In this document: in pieces, positions 30,052-40,136 of the stretch | How positions within the stretch are numbered: position 1 is the first letter of the stretch | Layout: every line of letters starts with the position of its first letter | NCBI GenBank assembly: GCA_014860445.1 | Contig: JACZJT010000017.1 | Coordinates: 16,596-80,595, forward strand | DNA length: 64,000 nt | Source of the DNA: Burkholderiales bacterium | Lineage (GTDB): Bacteria > Pseudomonadota > Gammaproteobacteria > Burkholderiales > SG8-39 | Direction of reading: 5' to 3' | Made by a program: the position numbers and the translations under genes | The notes under the pieces: generated by a model | Database searches by the model: none | What the model was told of the DNA's origin: nothing | What the model saw: only the letters and a program-made list of their open reading frames with translations

Positions 30052-30617
30052 TTTTTCGGCTTGAGAAAGGTCACGACCTTCGATCCCGGCTCATTCTTGG
30101 TCGCGCAGCTGCCCTCGCCCACACCTGCCTCCTGCTCTGCTTCATGCAGGAGATTGATGACGTCGACATAGTGCTTTTGCTTGACCATCATCAGCGCAGT
30201 CAGCCCGCCTTCGTTGCGCGCCAGCACGTCTGCGCCCGCTTTAAGCAGGGATTCCACGACGGCCGTCTCGCCATAGCCCGCTGCGAGCATCAACGGTCGT
30301 ACGCCGAATCCGATCGGCGCCTCCAGATCTGCGCCGGCGTCGATGAGTATCTGCACGATATCTGCAAAACCGCGATCCAGGTCCGCGTTGTAGACGGCTT
30401 TCGTCAAGGGACCCCAGCCGCGCTCGTCCGTGGCATTCACGTCCGCGCCCGCCGCAATCAAGGCATTCACCAACTCGAGATTGCCGGCATGCGCTGCCAG
30501 CATCAGCGCCGTTGCGCCGTCAGCGTTGCGCTGATTGCAATCGGCGCCGGCCGCCAGCAGCTTGCGCGCACGGTCGACATCGCCTGCGACAACGGCATCA
30601 AACAGCAAATCGGACAT
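30048..30617 (-). CDS. ankyrin-repeat protein
   Basis: ATG at 30615-30617 (MSDLLFDAVVAGD...); the ORF track extends to a TTG at 30632. There are at least four ANK repeats (DGATALMLAAHAGNLELVNALIAAGADVNA etc.). The stop overlaps the tspO start (ATGA). Confidence 0.85.
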   Translation of the reverse strand: MSDLLFDAVVAGDVDRARKLLAAGADCNQRNADGATALMLAAHAGNLELVNALIAAGADVNATDERGWGPLTKAVYNADLDRGFADIVQILIDAGADLEAPIGFGVRPLMLAAGYGETAVVESLLKAGADVLARNEGGLTALMMVKQKHYVDVINLLHEAEQEAGVGEGSCATKNEPGSKVVTFLKPKK

Positions 30618-30639
30618 ACGAACCCCCGTCAAAACGTTC

Positions 30640-30697
30640 GATTGTAAGATTGTAATTTAGGCTATCCTGAACCCGTCAATCAGTTAGCGAGTTAGCG
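30640..30697. repeat. two different tandem octamer duplications in the ankyrin / HD-GYP divergent intergenic region
   Basis: gattgtaa-gattgtaa at 30640-30655 and agttagcg-agttagcg at 30682-30697, read directly. Confidence 0.7.
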
Positions 30698-30753
30698 GAC
30701 TTTTTCGTTATGGTAACGACTATGCAGCATTCTAGCGCACCGTCATACGCCTG

Positions 30754-33150
30754 ATGCGCCCAAAGCAATCGAAAACCGCCGCACCCGTAGCCAAGGCGCG
30801 TTCGAAGCGCCCGGTTGCCAAACGCGCCGGCCGGCGCGTCGATGCGGGAGACGCGTTGCGTGAAAGCGAGGCGCGCTTTCGGGCACTGACGGCAATGTCG
30901 TCTGATTTCTACTGGGAAACCGACGCCGAGCACCGGATCACGCAGCGCATAGCGAGCAGCGGCCCGAACGCATTGTCGGCTGCACGCGCGCGTTCCCAAA
31001 TCGGCCATCGCCGCTGGGAGGTACCGTATCTTTCGCCCGATGCAGCCGGGTGGCAGGCGCACCGCGCGGACCTGGACGCGCACCGCCCATTCCGAAATTT
31101 CGAACTTTCGCGCGCAGACATCGACGGCACCGAGCGTTTCGCGTCCATCAGCGGTGATCCGGTGTTCGATCGCGCGGGACAATTCACAGGTTACCGCGGC
31201 GTCGGTACCGACATTACCGAGCGCAAGCGGGCCGAACAGGCACTCCAGGCGAGCGAAGCGCGCTACCGCTCGGTAGCGGATTCTGCCAAGGCGGCCATCG
31301 TGACCTGCGACGCTGCCGGCAACATCGTATCTTGGAATCCTGCGGCCGAGCGCATGTTCGGCTACACGGAGTCCGAGGTCGTCGGAATGGCGATTGCTGT
31401 GCTCATACCGCGGCGGTTCCAGGCAGGGCATGAGGCGGGCATGCAGCGCATGCGATCCGGTGGCGAGAAGCGCGTTGTCGGAAAGACTATCGAATTGGCG
31501 GGGCGACGCAAGGACGGCAGCGAATTCCCGCTGGAACTTTCCCTGTCCGAGTGGACCGCTGGAGCAAACCGGTTCTATACCGGCTACATCCGCGACATTT
31601 CCGAGCACAAGACAGCCGAGGCCAACATCCGGCGGATGACCCAGCTTTACGCCGCCTTGAGCCATTGCAACCAGGCCATCGTGCGATGCGACAAGGAAGA
31701 GGAATTGCTGGAACAGATTTGTGGCATCGCGGTGGCGTTCGGCGGCATGGAAATGGCCTGGATAGGCTTTATCGACTCCGACACCGGCCTGATCCGTATC
31801 GCAGCCAGTGAAGGCCATCGCGCCGAAGAGTATCTGCAGGAAATCGAAATCTCGGTGGACGCCGGCAGCCGCCTCGGGCACGGCCCTTCCGCAGTTGCCA
31901 TTCGCGAGAAGCGGCCGGTATGGCTGCAGGACTTCCAGAAGGAGCCGCTCACGGCCCCGTGGCACGAGCGCCGCACGCGCTTCGGTTGGGGCGCCTCTGC
32001 GTCGCTGCCGCTTTATCGAAACGGCATCCCGGTTGGTGTGTTCACCTTGTACGCGGCGCAGGTCGACGCCTTCGATGGCAAAGTGCGCGAGCTGCTGACC
32101 GAAATGGCGACCGATATCAGTTTTGCGCTCGACAACTTCGCGCGCGAGGCAGCGCGCTTGCAGGCATCAGTCGAGTTGCACGCAAAGGAAGAGCAGTTCC
32201 GCGGCCTGGTAGAGCAGTCGATCGCCGGGATAGTCATTATTCAAGACGACAAACTCGCCTATATCAACCCGCGCTTTGCCGAGATTTTCGGTTATGACTC
32301 AGTCGACGAACTGATCGGTCGCGAGTCGATTTCGCTGGTCGTTGAGAATGGGCGCAGCGCCGTGATGGAACAACGCCGGCGGATTGAAAGCGGAGCGCAA
32401 AGCATAAGCTACAGTTTCACCGCACTGCGCAAGGACGGCTCGACGATAGAGATTGGCGTGCACATCGCGCGCGCAACCCACAACGGCCGACCCGCGGTCA
32501 TCGGTCTGCTGCAGGACATTTCCGAGAAAAAGCGCGCCGAAGACCAGATCCAGCGCTATCTCAAGCAGCTGGAGACCGCGTTCATGAGCACGGTCGAGGT
32601 CGCGACCGCTTTGAGCGAAATGCGCGATCCCTACACCGCAGGCCACGAGCGGCAGGTGGGCAAAATTGCCGCCGCGATCGGCGCCGAGCTCGGCTTCGAT
32701 GCCCAGCGCATGGAAGGCCTGCGGGTCGCCGGCTACTTGCACGACATAGGCAAAATCACCATTCCTGCAGAAATTCTCTCCAAGCCGGGCAAGCTCAGCG
32801 CGATCGAATACGAGTTGATCAAAGGCCATCCGCAGTCCAGCTACAACGTCTTGAAGGACGTCGAATTTCCCTGGCCCGTGGCGCAAGTCGCTCTGCAGCA
32901 CCACGAGCGCATGGACGGCAGCGGTTATCCCCAGGGCCTGAAGGGCGAGGCGATCCTGCTGGAGGCACGCGTCATGGCGGTGGCCGATGTAATGGAGGCA
33001 ATGTCCTCGCACCGCCCCTATCGCCCGGGGTTGGGTATCGAGACGGCGTTGGCCGAGATCCGGCGTGGACGCGGTAGCGCATACGACCCCGTCGTTGCCG
33101 ACGCCTGCATCAAGCTGTTCCTCGAAAAAGGCGAGGAACTTCTCGCCTAG
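30754..33150 (+). CDS. multi-sensor PAS/PAS/GAF/PAS HD-GYP domain protein (putative c-di-GMP phosphodiesterase)
   Basis: 798 aa. Three segments are each preceded by SEARFR / SEARYR / EEQFRGLVEQS-type PAS openings, with a GAF-like middle region. The C-terminal HD-GYP has YLHDIGK and HHERMDGSGYPQGL. Confidence 0.88.
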   Translation: MRPKQSKTAAPVAKARSKRPVAKRAGRRVDAGDALRESEARFRALTAMSSDFYWETDAEHRITQRIASSGPNALSAARARSQIGHRRWEVPYLSPDAAGWQAHRADLDAHRPFRNFELSRADIDGTERFASISGDPVFDRAGQFTGYRGVGTDITERKRAEQALQASEARYRSVADSAKAAIVTCDAAGNIVSWNPAAERMFGYTESEVVGMAIAVLIPRRFQAGHEAGMQRMRSGGEKRVVGKTIELAGRRKDGSEFPLELSLSEWTAGANRFYTGYIRDISEHKTAEANIRRMTQLYAALSHCNQAIVRCDKEEELLEQICGIAVAFGGMEMAWIGFIDSDTGLIRIAASEGHRAEEYLQEIEISVDAGSRLGHGPSAVAIREKRPVWLQDFQKEPLTAPWHERRTRFGWGASASLPLYRNGIPVGVFTLYAAQVDAFDGKVRELLTEMATDISFALDNFAREAARLQASVELHAKEEQFRGLVEQSIAGIVIIQDDKLAYINPRFAEIFGYDSVDELIGRESISLVVENGRSAVMEQRRRIESGAQSISYSFTALRKDGSTIEIGVHIARATHNGRPAVIGLLQDISEKKRAEDQIQRYLKQLETAFMSTVEVATALSEMRDPYTAGHERQVGKIAAAIGAELGFDAQRMEGLRVAGYLHDIGKITIPAEILSKPGKLSAIEYELIKGHPQSSYNVLKDVEFPWPVAQVALQHHERMDGSGYPQGLKGEAILLEARVMAVADVMEAMSSHRPYRPGLGIETALAEIRRGRGSAYDPVVADACIKLFLEKGEELLA

Positions 33151-33159
33151 CCTCGCGGC

Positions 33160-33888
33160 TCAGGCGTCCAGTTCCGGATAACGCCGGAATATGCCGTCGT
33201 TGTTGAACGCCAGCCGTCGTCCAGACCTGACATAGCGCTTGACGCGCGGACGCGCAAACACTGCGTCGTGCAGCGCACGCAACCTGGGGCAGGGACGCAG
33301 CGCTTTCCTGCTGGCCAGCGGAAACGCATAGCGCAGCCCCGCGACCACCTGCGCCGCGGAAAGATCGACGTAGCTCAACCGCTTGCCGACCATCCATCTG
33401 TCGCCATCCGGGTTGCGCTCGATCACGCGCTCGAAGTAGCCGAGGAATTTGGGCAGGCGATAGTCCAGAAAATCGCGACTGCGGCGTTTGGCTTCCGCCT
33501 TCTGCTGCTGGTAGTAAAGCCCTCCGCCGATTGGATGATGGGTATCGTGAATCTCGTTCACGAAATCGGCCAGGGTGAGCTGCAATTGATGCGTCCACAG
33601 GCGGCCGGCGGCATCGCGCGGCGCGAGCGACAGCCGCGCGCCGAGAAACAGCAGGATGTTTGCGGTTTGTGCAATGAGCCTTCTGCCGGCCTTCAGAAAA
33701 GGCGGCGCGAACGGCGGATGCGCGAGCGCGGGGTCATCGAGGAGTTTCATCATCGCCGACACGCCGCCGCCCTGCTCCTCCGGCAGGAGCGCGACATCGA
33801 CGTATTGCGCGCCCGCTTCCTCCAGGACCAGGCGCACGAATTCGCCGCGACCTTGTATGCCGGGCCAATAATAGAGTTCATAGATCAT
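33160..33888 (-). CDS. glutathione S-transferase family protein
   Basis: 242 aa. It has a thioredoxin-like N-terminus (MIYELYYWPGIQGRGEFVRLVLEEAG) and a helical C-terminal domain. The assignment is by overall pattern only. Confidence 0.65.
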   Translation of the reverse strand: MIYELYYWPGIQGRGEFVRLVLEEAGAQYVDVALLPEEQGGGVSAMMKLLDDPALAHPPFAPPFLKAGRRLIAQTANILLFLGARLSLAPRDAAGRLWTHQLQLTLADFVNEIHDTHHPIGGGLYYQQQKAEAKRRSRDFLDYRLPKFLGYFERVIERNPDGDRWMVGKRLSYVDLSAAQVVAGLRYAFPLASRKALRPCPRLRALHDAVFARPRVKRYVRSGRRLAFNNDGIFRRYPELDA

Positions 33889-33974
33889 GCTCGCACCTCG
33901 AATTTAAGCAGCCGCCCGCATGTGATTCTACCTGCGCGCGTTCCGCGCCGCGCCGCTGTCCGCGCAAGCGCGCG

Positions 33975-36869
33975 TCAGTGCGGTTCCGGCGGAAGGACAC
34001 AGACCAGGTTGCGGTCGCCGTAGACATTGTCGACACGCCCTACCGCCGGCCAGACCTTGTGCACGCGCAATCCCGCGAGCGGATAGGCCGCAGTTTCGCG
34101 CGTATAGCGGTGTGGCCAATTGTCTGCGCACGCCATGGCGGCCGTGTGCGGGGCGTTCCTGAGCGGATTGTCGTCGCGATCCAGGCGGCCGTCCGCGACC
34201 GCGCGGATTTCCTCGCGTATGGCAATCATGGCGTCGATGAACCGATCGAGTTCCACCTTGGTTTCGCTTTCGGTGGGCTCGACCATCAGTGTGCCCGGAA
34301 CCGGAAATGACATCGTGGGCGCGTGAAAGCCGTAGTCCATCAGCCGCTTGGCCACATCTTCGACGCCGATACCGCTCCCCTCCTTCAGGGGTCGCAGGTC
34401 AAGTACGCACTCGTGCGCAATCCATCCGCCCGGCCCGGTGTAGAGCACCGGATAATGCGGCGCCAGGCGCCTGGCGACATAGTTTGCATTCAGGATTGCG
34501 ACTTCACTCGCGGCGCGCACGCCGTCGCGCCCAAGCAAGGCGATATACATCCACGCGATCGGCAATATACCCGCGCTGCCGCAAGGCGCTGCCGCCACAG
34601 GGCCAATGCTGTGCTCCCCGACCTTCTGCGAGCACCGCGCGGGCAGGAACGGCACGAGATGCGCGGCAACCGCCAGCGGGCCCACACCCGGGCCGCCGCC
34701 GCCGTGCGGAATACCGAAGGTCTTGTGCAGATTCAGGTGGGACAGGTCGCCGCCGAATTTTCCCGGCGCGCACAGCCCGGCCATGGCGTTCAGGTTGGCG
34801 CCGTCGATGTAGACCAGGCCGCCGTGCTTATGCACGATGTCGCAGATCTCGGTGACGCCGGGTTCGAATACGCCATGGGTGGAAGGATAGGTCAGCATGA
34901 TCGCGGCAAGCTCGTGGCTGTGCAGAGCCGCTTTCGCGCGTAGGTCCGCGATATCGACATTGCCACCGGCATCGCAGCCGACGACCACCACCCGCATCCC
35001 GGCCATGTGCGCTGAAGCCGGATTGGTGCCGTGTGCAGACGCAGGAATCAGGCACACGCTGCGCTGACTCTCGCCGCGCGATCGATGCCAGGCACGGATC
35101 ACCAACAGCCCCGCAAACTCCCCCTGTGACCCAGCGTTCGGCTGCAAGGATACTGCCGCATAACCGGTGATGGCACACAGCATGCGCTCGAGCGAGTCTG
35201 TCAATTCACGATAGCCCCCGGTCTGCTCCGCCGGTGCAAAGGGATGGATTTGTGCGAACTCGGGCCAGGTGATCGGCAGCATTTCGCTGGTCGCGTTGAG
35301 TTTCATGGTGCAGGAGCCCAACGGGATCATCGAGCGGTCGAGCGCCAGATCTTGGTCAGCAAGCTGACGCAAATAGCGCAGCATCGCGGTTTCCGAGTGG
35401 TACGCGTTGAATACGCGGTGCGCCATAAAACCGCTGCTGCGCCTTAGCGCGGATGCAAAGGTATCGCCCGCACCGCGCAAGAGGGCGTCGAACTCGGGAA
35501 TCGTCTCGCCGCAATGCGCGAAGATCTCCCATAACAATTTCACATCCGCAGCAGTGGAGGTTTCGTTCAGCGACACGCCGATCCTGTCCTCATCGATGTG
35601 GCGCAGATTGACGCCGCGAGCCGCGGCGGCCAGGTGTGTCGCCTGCGTTCGCCCGCCGGTGCGCAGCGTCACGGTATCGAACCAGGAGGCATTTTCGACC
35701 GTGATACCAAACTGCCGCAGGCCCGCGGCCAGCACACCGGTCAAGCGATGGACTCTCTGCGCGATGCGGGCCAAGCCGCGCGGACCGTGATAGACGCCAT
35801 ACATGCCGGCGATCACTGCGAGGAGCACCTGCGCGGTGCAGATGTTGCTGGTCGCCTTCTCGCGCCGTATGTGCTGTTCGCGCGTCTGCAGCGCGAGCCG
35901 GTACGCCGGTCCGCCCTGGCTGTCCCGTGTCAGTCCGACCAGGCGCCCGGGCAACTCGCGTTTAAGCTCCTCGCGGGTGGCGAAGTAGGCTGCATGCGGG
36001 CCGCCGTAGCCCATGGGCACACCAAAACGCTGAGCCGAGCCCAGCGCTATGTCCGCGCCCCACTCCCCCGGGGGAATGAGCAGCGCGAGCGCAAGCAAAT
36101 CGGCCGCAACGGCGACCAGGCCGCCGTGCGCGTGCACTGCCTGCACCAGGTCTCGGTAATCTTGCACTTCGCCGTTCGCGGTGGGGTACTGCAGCAAGGC
36201 GCCAAAACATCCGCTGGCCGCGGCGGTCTGCGCGGCGCCGCATTTCACCTCGATGCCCAGCGGCTCGGCGCGCGTGCGCACCACCTCCAGGGTCTGAGGA
36301 AACACGGAATCGGCGACGAAGAACACGCGGCTCTCTACTTTGCTGCTGCGCCGGCACAAGGCCATCGCCTCCGCCGCCGCGGTCGCCTCGTCCAGCATGG
36401 ACGCATTGGCAATGGCCATGCCGGTGAGATCGCACACCATGGTCTGGAAATTGATCAGCGCTTCCAGCCGGCCTTGAGAGATCTCCGGTTGATAGGGCGT
36501 GTAGGCCGTATACCAGGCGGGGCTCTCCAGGATGTTGCGCTGGATCACGGCGGGAAGAAGCGTGTCGTAGTAACCCTGCCCGATGACGGAACGCGCTATC
36601 CGGTTTTGCGCGGCAATCTGCCTGAGTTCGGCCAGCGCCGCGGCTTCGCTCCGACCCGGCGGCAGATCCACTAGCGACTTGGCGCGTATTGCGGCGGGAA
36701 TGACGGCGTCTATCAGGGCAGCAAGCGTGGGATGACCGAGCTCGGATAGCATGGCAGCCTGGTCCGCGGCATCGGGACCGATGTGGCGTCGTGCAAATGT
36801 GTCCTGCTGCTCCATGTCCGCCGGCGTAGCCTGCGGTTTTCTAATGCTGCGCGTCACTGTATCCAACAT
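33975..36869 (-). CDS. gcvP: glycine dehydrogenase (decarboxylating), single-chain P protein
   Basis: 964 aa. [32 protein letters not shown] and the PLP-lysine region [16 protein letters not shown] are present. Confidence 0.96.
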   Translation of the reverse strand: MLDTVTRSIRKPQATPADMEQQDTFARRHIGPDAADQAAMLSELGHPTLAALIDAVIPAAIRAKSLVDLPPGRSEAAALAELRQIAAQNRIARSVIGQGYYDTLLPAVIQRNILESPAWYTAYTPYQPEISQGRLEALINFQTMVCDLTGMAIANASMLDEATAAAEAMALCRRSSKVESRVFFVADSVFPQTLEVVRTRAEPLGIEVKCGAAQTAAASGCFGALLQYPTANGEVQDYRDLVQAVHAHGGLVAVAADLLALALLIPPGEWGADIALGSAQRFGVPMGYGGPHAAYFATREELKRELPGRLVGLTRDSQGGPAYRLALQTREQHIRREKATSNICTAQVLLAVIAGMYGVYHGPRGLARIAQRVHRLTGVLAAGLRQFGITVENASWFDTVTLRTGGRTQATHLAAAARGVNLRHIDEDRIGVSLNETSTAADVKLLWEIFAHCGETIPEFDALLRGAGDTFASALRRSSGFMAHRVFNAYHSETAMLRYLRQLADQDLALDRSMIPLGSCTMKLNATSEMLPITWPEFAQIHPFAPAEQTGGYRELTDSLERMLCAITGYAAVSLQPNAGSQGEFAGLLVIRAWHRSRGESQRSVCLIPASAHGTNPASAHMAGMRVVVVGCDAGGNVDIADLRAKAALHSHELAAIMLTYPSTHGVFEPGVTEICDIVHKHGGLVYIDGANLNAMAGLCAPGKFGGDLSHLNLHKTFGIPHGGGGPGVGPLAVAAHLVPFLPARCSQKVGEHSIGPVAAAPCGSAGILPIAWMYIALLGRDGVRAASEVAILNANYVARRLAPHYPVLYTGPGGWIAHECVLDLRPLKEGSGIGVEDVAKRLMDYGFHAPTMSFPVPGTLMVEPTESETKVELDRFIDAMIAIREEIRAVADGRLDRDDNPLRNAPHTAAMACADNWPHRYTRETAAYPLAGLRVHKVWPAVGRVDNVYGDRNLVCVLPPEPH

Positions 36870-36878
36870 CTCACTCTC

Positions 36879-37259
36879 CTAATTCGCGGCGTGACCGGCG
36901 TAAGCGGCCGCGTCCATGAGACTGTCGAGGTCGCCTGCGTTGTCAGGTTTGATTTTGAACATCCAGGCCGCGTAGGCGTCGGCATTGACCTGCTCCGGCG
37001 CTTTCGCCAGATCGTCGTTGACGGCGACCACCACACCCGCGACCGGCATGTTGATGTCGGACGCGGCTTTTACCGATTCGATCACCGCGCAGGCTTCGCC
37101 TTGCGCATAGCGTTTGCCGATCTGCGGCAATTCCAGAAACACCATGTCGCCCAGCACCTCCTGGGCGTGATCGGTGATGCCGACGGCGAGCGTGCCGTCG
37201 GCCTCGCTGGAGACCCATTCGTGCGTTTCGGTGTATTTCAGTTGTTCCGGCGTTTTCAT
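36879..37259 (-). CDS. gcvH: glycine cleavage system H protein
   Basis: This is the C-terminal 126 codons of track ORF 36879..38417(-), starting MKTPEQLKYTETHEWV. Lipoyl-lysine motif: ESVKAASD. Confidence 0.93.
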   Translation of the reverse strand: MKTPEQLKYTETHEWVSSEADGTLAVGITDHAQEVLGDMVFLELPQIGKRYAQGEACAVIESVKAASDINMPVAGVVVAVNDDLAKAPEQVNADAYAAWMFKIKPDNAGDLDSLMDAAAYAGHAAN

Positions 37260-37276
37260 ATTCTCTTTTTCCCTCG

Positions 37277-38362
37277 TTAGTTGACCAGTATCTTTCCCTT
37301 GCGCACGAACGGCGGCTGCACCAGCTTGGCCTCGAGTTGCTTGCCCCGCACCGACACCTGCGCCAATGCGCCGGTTTCGACTTCCATCGGCACGCGTGCC
37401 AGTGCAATCGAGCGCTGCAATGTGGGCGAAAACGTGCCGCTGGTGACCTCCCCTACTCCGTGCGCCGTGGCGAGCTTCTGGTGGCTGCGCAGCACGCCGC
37501 CCGGTTCGGTGAGCACCAGCCCCAGCAGGCGCAAGCGCTGCGGGTGCGCGAGCAGCGCCGCCTTGCCGACGAAATCGCGCCCGCTGGCGAGATCCACCGT
37601 CCAGGCGAGCCCCGCGTCCAGCGGCGATACCTGCTCGTCCATGTCCTGCCCCCACAAATTCATCCCGGCCTCCAGGCGCAGCGTGTCGCGTGCGCCCAGG
37701 CCGCAGGGTTTCACGCCGCAGCCGAAAAGTTGCTGCCACAATGCCTCCGCGCGAGGGCCAGGGAGCATGATTTCGTATCCGTCTTCGCCGGTGTAGCCGG
37801 TGCGCGCCAGAGTCAACTCGCCTATTTGCGCGCAATGGAAGGATTGCAGCGCTTCGGTAGGCACACGCGTCCCCGGCAGCGCCTGCCATACGCGCTCGCG
37901 TGCTCGCGGCCCCTGGACGGCGATCATGGCAAGATCGCGCCGCGGCAACAATTCCGGCGCCGCACCCTGGCGCTCCTTCATGGACTCGAGCCAGGCGAGG
38001 TCGTCCTCCGCCCGGCCCGCATTCACCACCAGCCGAAAGAATTCCTCGGCGAAAAAGTACGCGATCAAATCGTCGATGACCCCGCCCGCGCGGTTGAGCA
38101 TGCATGAATAGAGCGCTCGCCCCGGGGTGCGCAATCTGTCTACATTGTTCGCGAGGCTGCGGCGGAGGAAATCGCGCGCGCCGGGGCCGCGCACGTCGAT
38201 CGCAAGCATGTGCGACACATCGAACATTCCTGCGTCGCGTCGCACCGCATGATGTTCCTCTATCTGGGAACCGTAATTGACCGGCATATCCCACCCGCCG
38301 AAATCGACCATGCGCGCGCCCAGAACTCTGTGGGCGGCGTTGAGCGGCGTTGTTTTGAGCAT
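37277..38362 (-). CDS. gcvT: glycine cleavage system aminomethyltransferase T
   Basis: 361 aa. [52 protein letters not shown] is the canonical GcvT N-terminus. Confidence 0.95.
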   Translation of the reverse strand: MLKTTPLNAAHRVLGARMVDFGGWDMPVNYGSQIEEHHAVRRDAGMFDVSHMLAIDVRGPGARDFLRRSLANNVDRLRTPGRALYSCMLNRAGGVIDDLIAYFFAEEFFRLVVNAGRAEDDLAWLESMKERQGAAPELLPRRDLAMIAVQGPRARERVWQALPGTRVPTEALQSFHCAQIGELTLARTGYTGEDGYEIMLPGPRAEALWQQLFGCGVKPCGLGARDTLRLEAGMNLWGQDMDEQVSPLDAGLAWTVDLASGRDFVGKAALLAHPQRLRLLGLVLTEPGGVLRSHQKLATAHGVGEVTSGTFSPTLQRSIALARVPMEVETGALAQVSVRGKQLEAKLVQPPFVRKGKILVN

Positions 38363-38380
38363 ATTTTCTCCGGCAGCATT

Positions 38381-38612
38381 GAAAAAGGGGCAACGCCGGC
38401 TTTTCAGTCCGCGTCACCCCTCTGTCCCTGATACCTGAGAGATTACAGCCCTATCCCGCCCGGCTGTGCGCCCCTTCGGTGGCCGCCTGCATAGGCGGCT
38501 GCTCTCCAGAGTAACGAAAGCATCGCTTCCGTCCGACCGGTCCATTTGCCTGAGCGTTTCTGGGTATTGCGCCTTCGGCGGCCGCCTCGCAACAGCGGCA
38601 CTCTCCAAGTCG
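38381..38612 (-). promoter_or_regulatory. tandem glycine riboswitch plus terminator-type expression platform in the gcvT leader
   Basis: On the minus strand, aptamer 1 is cuuGGAGAGugcc...ggcCGCCGAAGGcGCAA...CUCAGGCAAauGGAC. Aptamer 2 is CUCUGGAGAGcagcc...ggcCACCGAAGGGGCgca...CUCUCAGGuaucaGGGACAG. They are followed by the hairpin aggggugacgcgg...gccggcguugccccu and UUUUU (38381-38421). Confidence 0.85.
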
Positions 38613-38621
38613 GTTGGATGG

Positions 38622-38650
38622 ATTCTATGCCCGCATGGCGGCGCTGTCGT
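38622..38650 (-). promoter_or_regulatory. candidate sigma70 promoter for the glycine riboswitch / gcvTHP operon
   Basis: Minus strand reads ACGACA-17 nt-TAGAAT, placing the transcription start a few nt before the first aptamer. Confidence 0.35.
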
Positions 38651-38683
38651 TGCGAAATATCAAACAAGTCGGGTATCGGCGCC

Positions 38684-38712
38684 TTGACAAGCAGATCGAC
38701 GCTCAAGATACT
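38684..38712 (+). promoter_or_regulatory. candidate sigma70 promoter for the Fe-ADH gene
   Basis: TTGACA-17 nt-GATACT lies about 90 nt upstream of the ATG at 38805, which is preceded by an aggag RBS. Confidence 0.4.
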
Positions 38713-38804
38713 GGCTCGAACATAGACGTAGCGGATTCCCTCTGTCCGCCGCAATCGCATTTGTGCAGAAAACTCGCGCAAGCAGAACCCCGATAGGAGC
38801 CCAC

Positions 38805-40115
38805 ATGTCCTGCTGCCACAACTACTACGTCACGACCGAAGGCGGCGAAAGCGTTTTTTCGGTCGACATCTCAAGCATCAGCTTCGGCCATGGTGTACTC
38901 AAGGAGGCTGGCGAACAAGCGAAGACCCTGGGTATGAGCCGCGTCGCGCTGTTCACCGACAAGCGGCTGGGCAGCCTGCCCTACGTGGCGCAGGCGCGCG
39001 ATGCGCTCAAAGCGGCGGGCATGGACGTGGTGATCTATGACGAGGTCAAGGTCGAGCCGACCGACCAGTCCTTCATCGCAGCGGCGAAATTCGCGGCCGA
39101 AGGCAAGTTCGACGGCTATGTTTCCGTAGGCGGCGGCTCGGTCATCGACACCTGCAAGGCGGCCAATCTCTACGCCACCTGGCCGGCCGACTTCCTCGAT
39201 TACGTGAACGCTCCCATCGGTGCTGGAAAACCTGTGCCCGGGCCGCTAAAACCGCATATCGCCTGCCCCACCACCTGCGGCACCGGTTCGGAGTGCACCG
39301 GCATCACCATTTTCGACCTGCTGGCCATGCAGGTGAAAACAGGCATCGCCTCCAGACGCCTCAAACCCTCGCTCGCCCTGATCGATCCTGCCACCACCTA
39401 CACGCTGCCCAAGAACGTGGTTGCGGCCAGCGGCTTCGACGTGCTGTCGCACGCGCTCGAATCCTATACCGCCAAGCCCTACACGCGCCGCAAGGCATCC
39501 GCAAATCCCTTGCTGCGCCCGATGAGCCAGGGCGCCAATCCATGGAGCGACGTCGGCTGTGTAGCGGCGCTGACTCGCCTGGGCCAGTACCTCGAGCGTG
39601 CGGTGAATGACGCGAGCGACCACGAAGCGCGCGACGAGATGATGTACGCTGCGACACTGGCCGGCATCGCGTTCGGCAATTCGGGCGTGCATGTGCCACA
39701 CGGCATGGCCTACTCGGTGGCGGGACTGGTGCGCGATTTCCGACCCGAGGGTTATCCGCAGGAAGAACCCATGGTGCCGCACGGCATGAGCGTAATCGTC
39801 AACGCGCCCTCGGTGTTCCGCTTTACCGCAAGCGCCTGTCCCGAACGTCATATTCACGGCGCGGCCTGCCTCGGCGCCGATACCAAGGGCGCGAGCGACG
39901 CTGATGCAGCCGAAATCATTGCCGGACAGTTGATCAAAATGATGAAAGCCACGGGCATACCAAACGGCGTAGGCGGCGTTGGTTACGGCGAAGCGGATGT
40001 TGCGGGTCTCACAAAAGGCGCCTGGGCGCAGCAACGACTGCTGACCAATGCGCCGCGCGCCGTCAGCGAAAATGATTTGAGCGATCTATACCGCGGCGCG
40101 ATGCATTACTGGTGA
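38805..40115 (+). CDS. iron-containing alcohol dehydrogenase family protein (hydroxyacid-oxoacid transhydrogenase-like)
   Basis: ORF 38763..40115 trimmed to [14 protein letters not shown]. It has the Fe-ADH motif [14 protein letters not shown] and metal-ligand His regions ([19 protein letters not shown]). Confidence 0.85.
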   Translation: MSCCHNYYVTTEGGESVFSVDISSISFGHGVLKEAGEQAKTLGMSRVALFTDKRLGSLPYVAQARDALKAAGMDVVIYDEVKVEPTDQSFIAAAKFAAEGKFDGYVSVGGGSVIDTCKAANLYATWPADFLDYVNAPIGAGKPVPGPLKPHIACPTTCGTGSECTGITIFDLLAMQVKTGIASRRLKPSLALIDPATTYTLPKNVVAASGFDVLSHALESYTAKPYTRRKASANPLLRPMSQGANPWSDVGCVAALTRLGQYLERAVNDASDHEARDEMMYAATLAGIAFGNSGVHVPHGMAYSVAGLVRDFRPEGYPQEEPMVPHGMSVIVNAPSVFRFTASACPERHIHGAACLGADTKGASDADAAEIIAGQLIKMMKATGIPNGVGGVGYGEADVAGLTKGAWAQQRLLTNAPRAVSENDLSDLYRGAMHYW

Positions 40116-40136
40116 ACGGCCCGGATTCGCGCGACC

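Noticed and set aside
36879-38417. 512-aa ORF spanning gcvH and most of gcvT
   Set aside because: Only its last 126 codons (from MKTPEQLKYTETHEWV) are GcvH. The upstream part is an out-of-frame overlap of the genuine gcvT frame (37277..38362).
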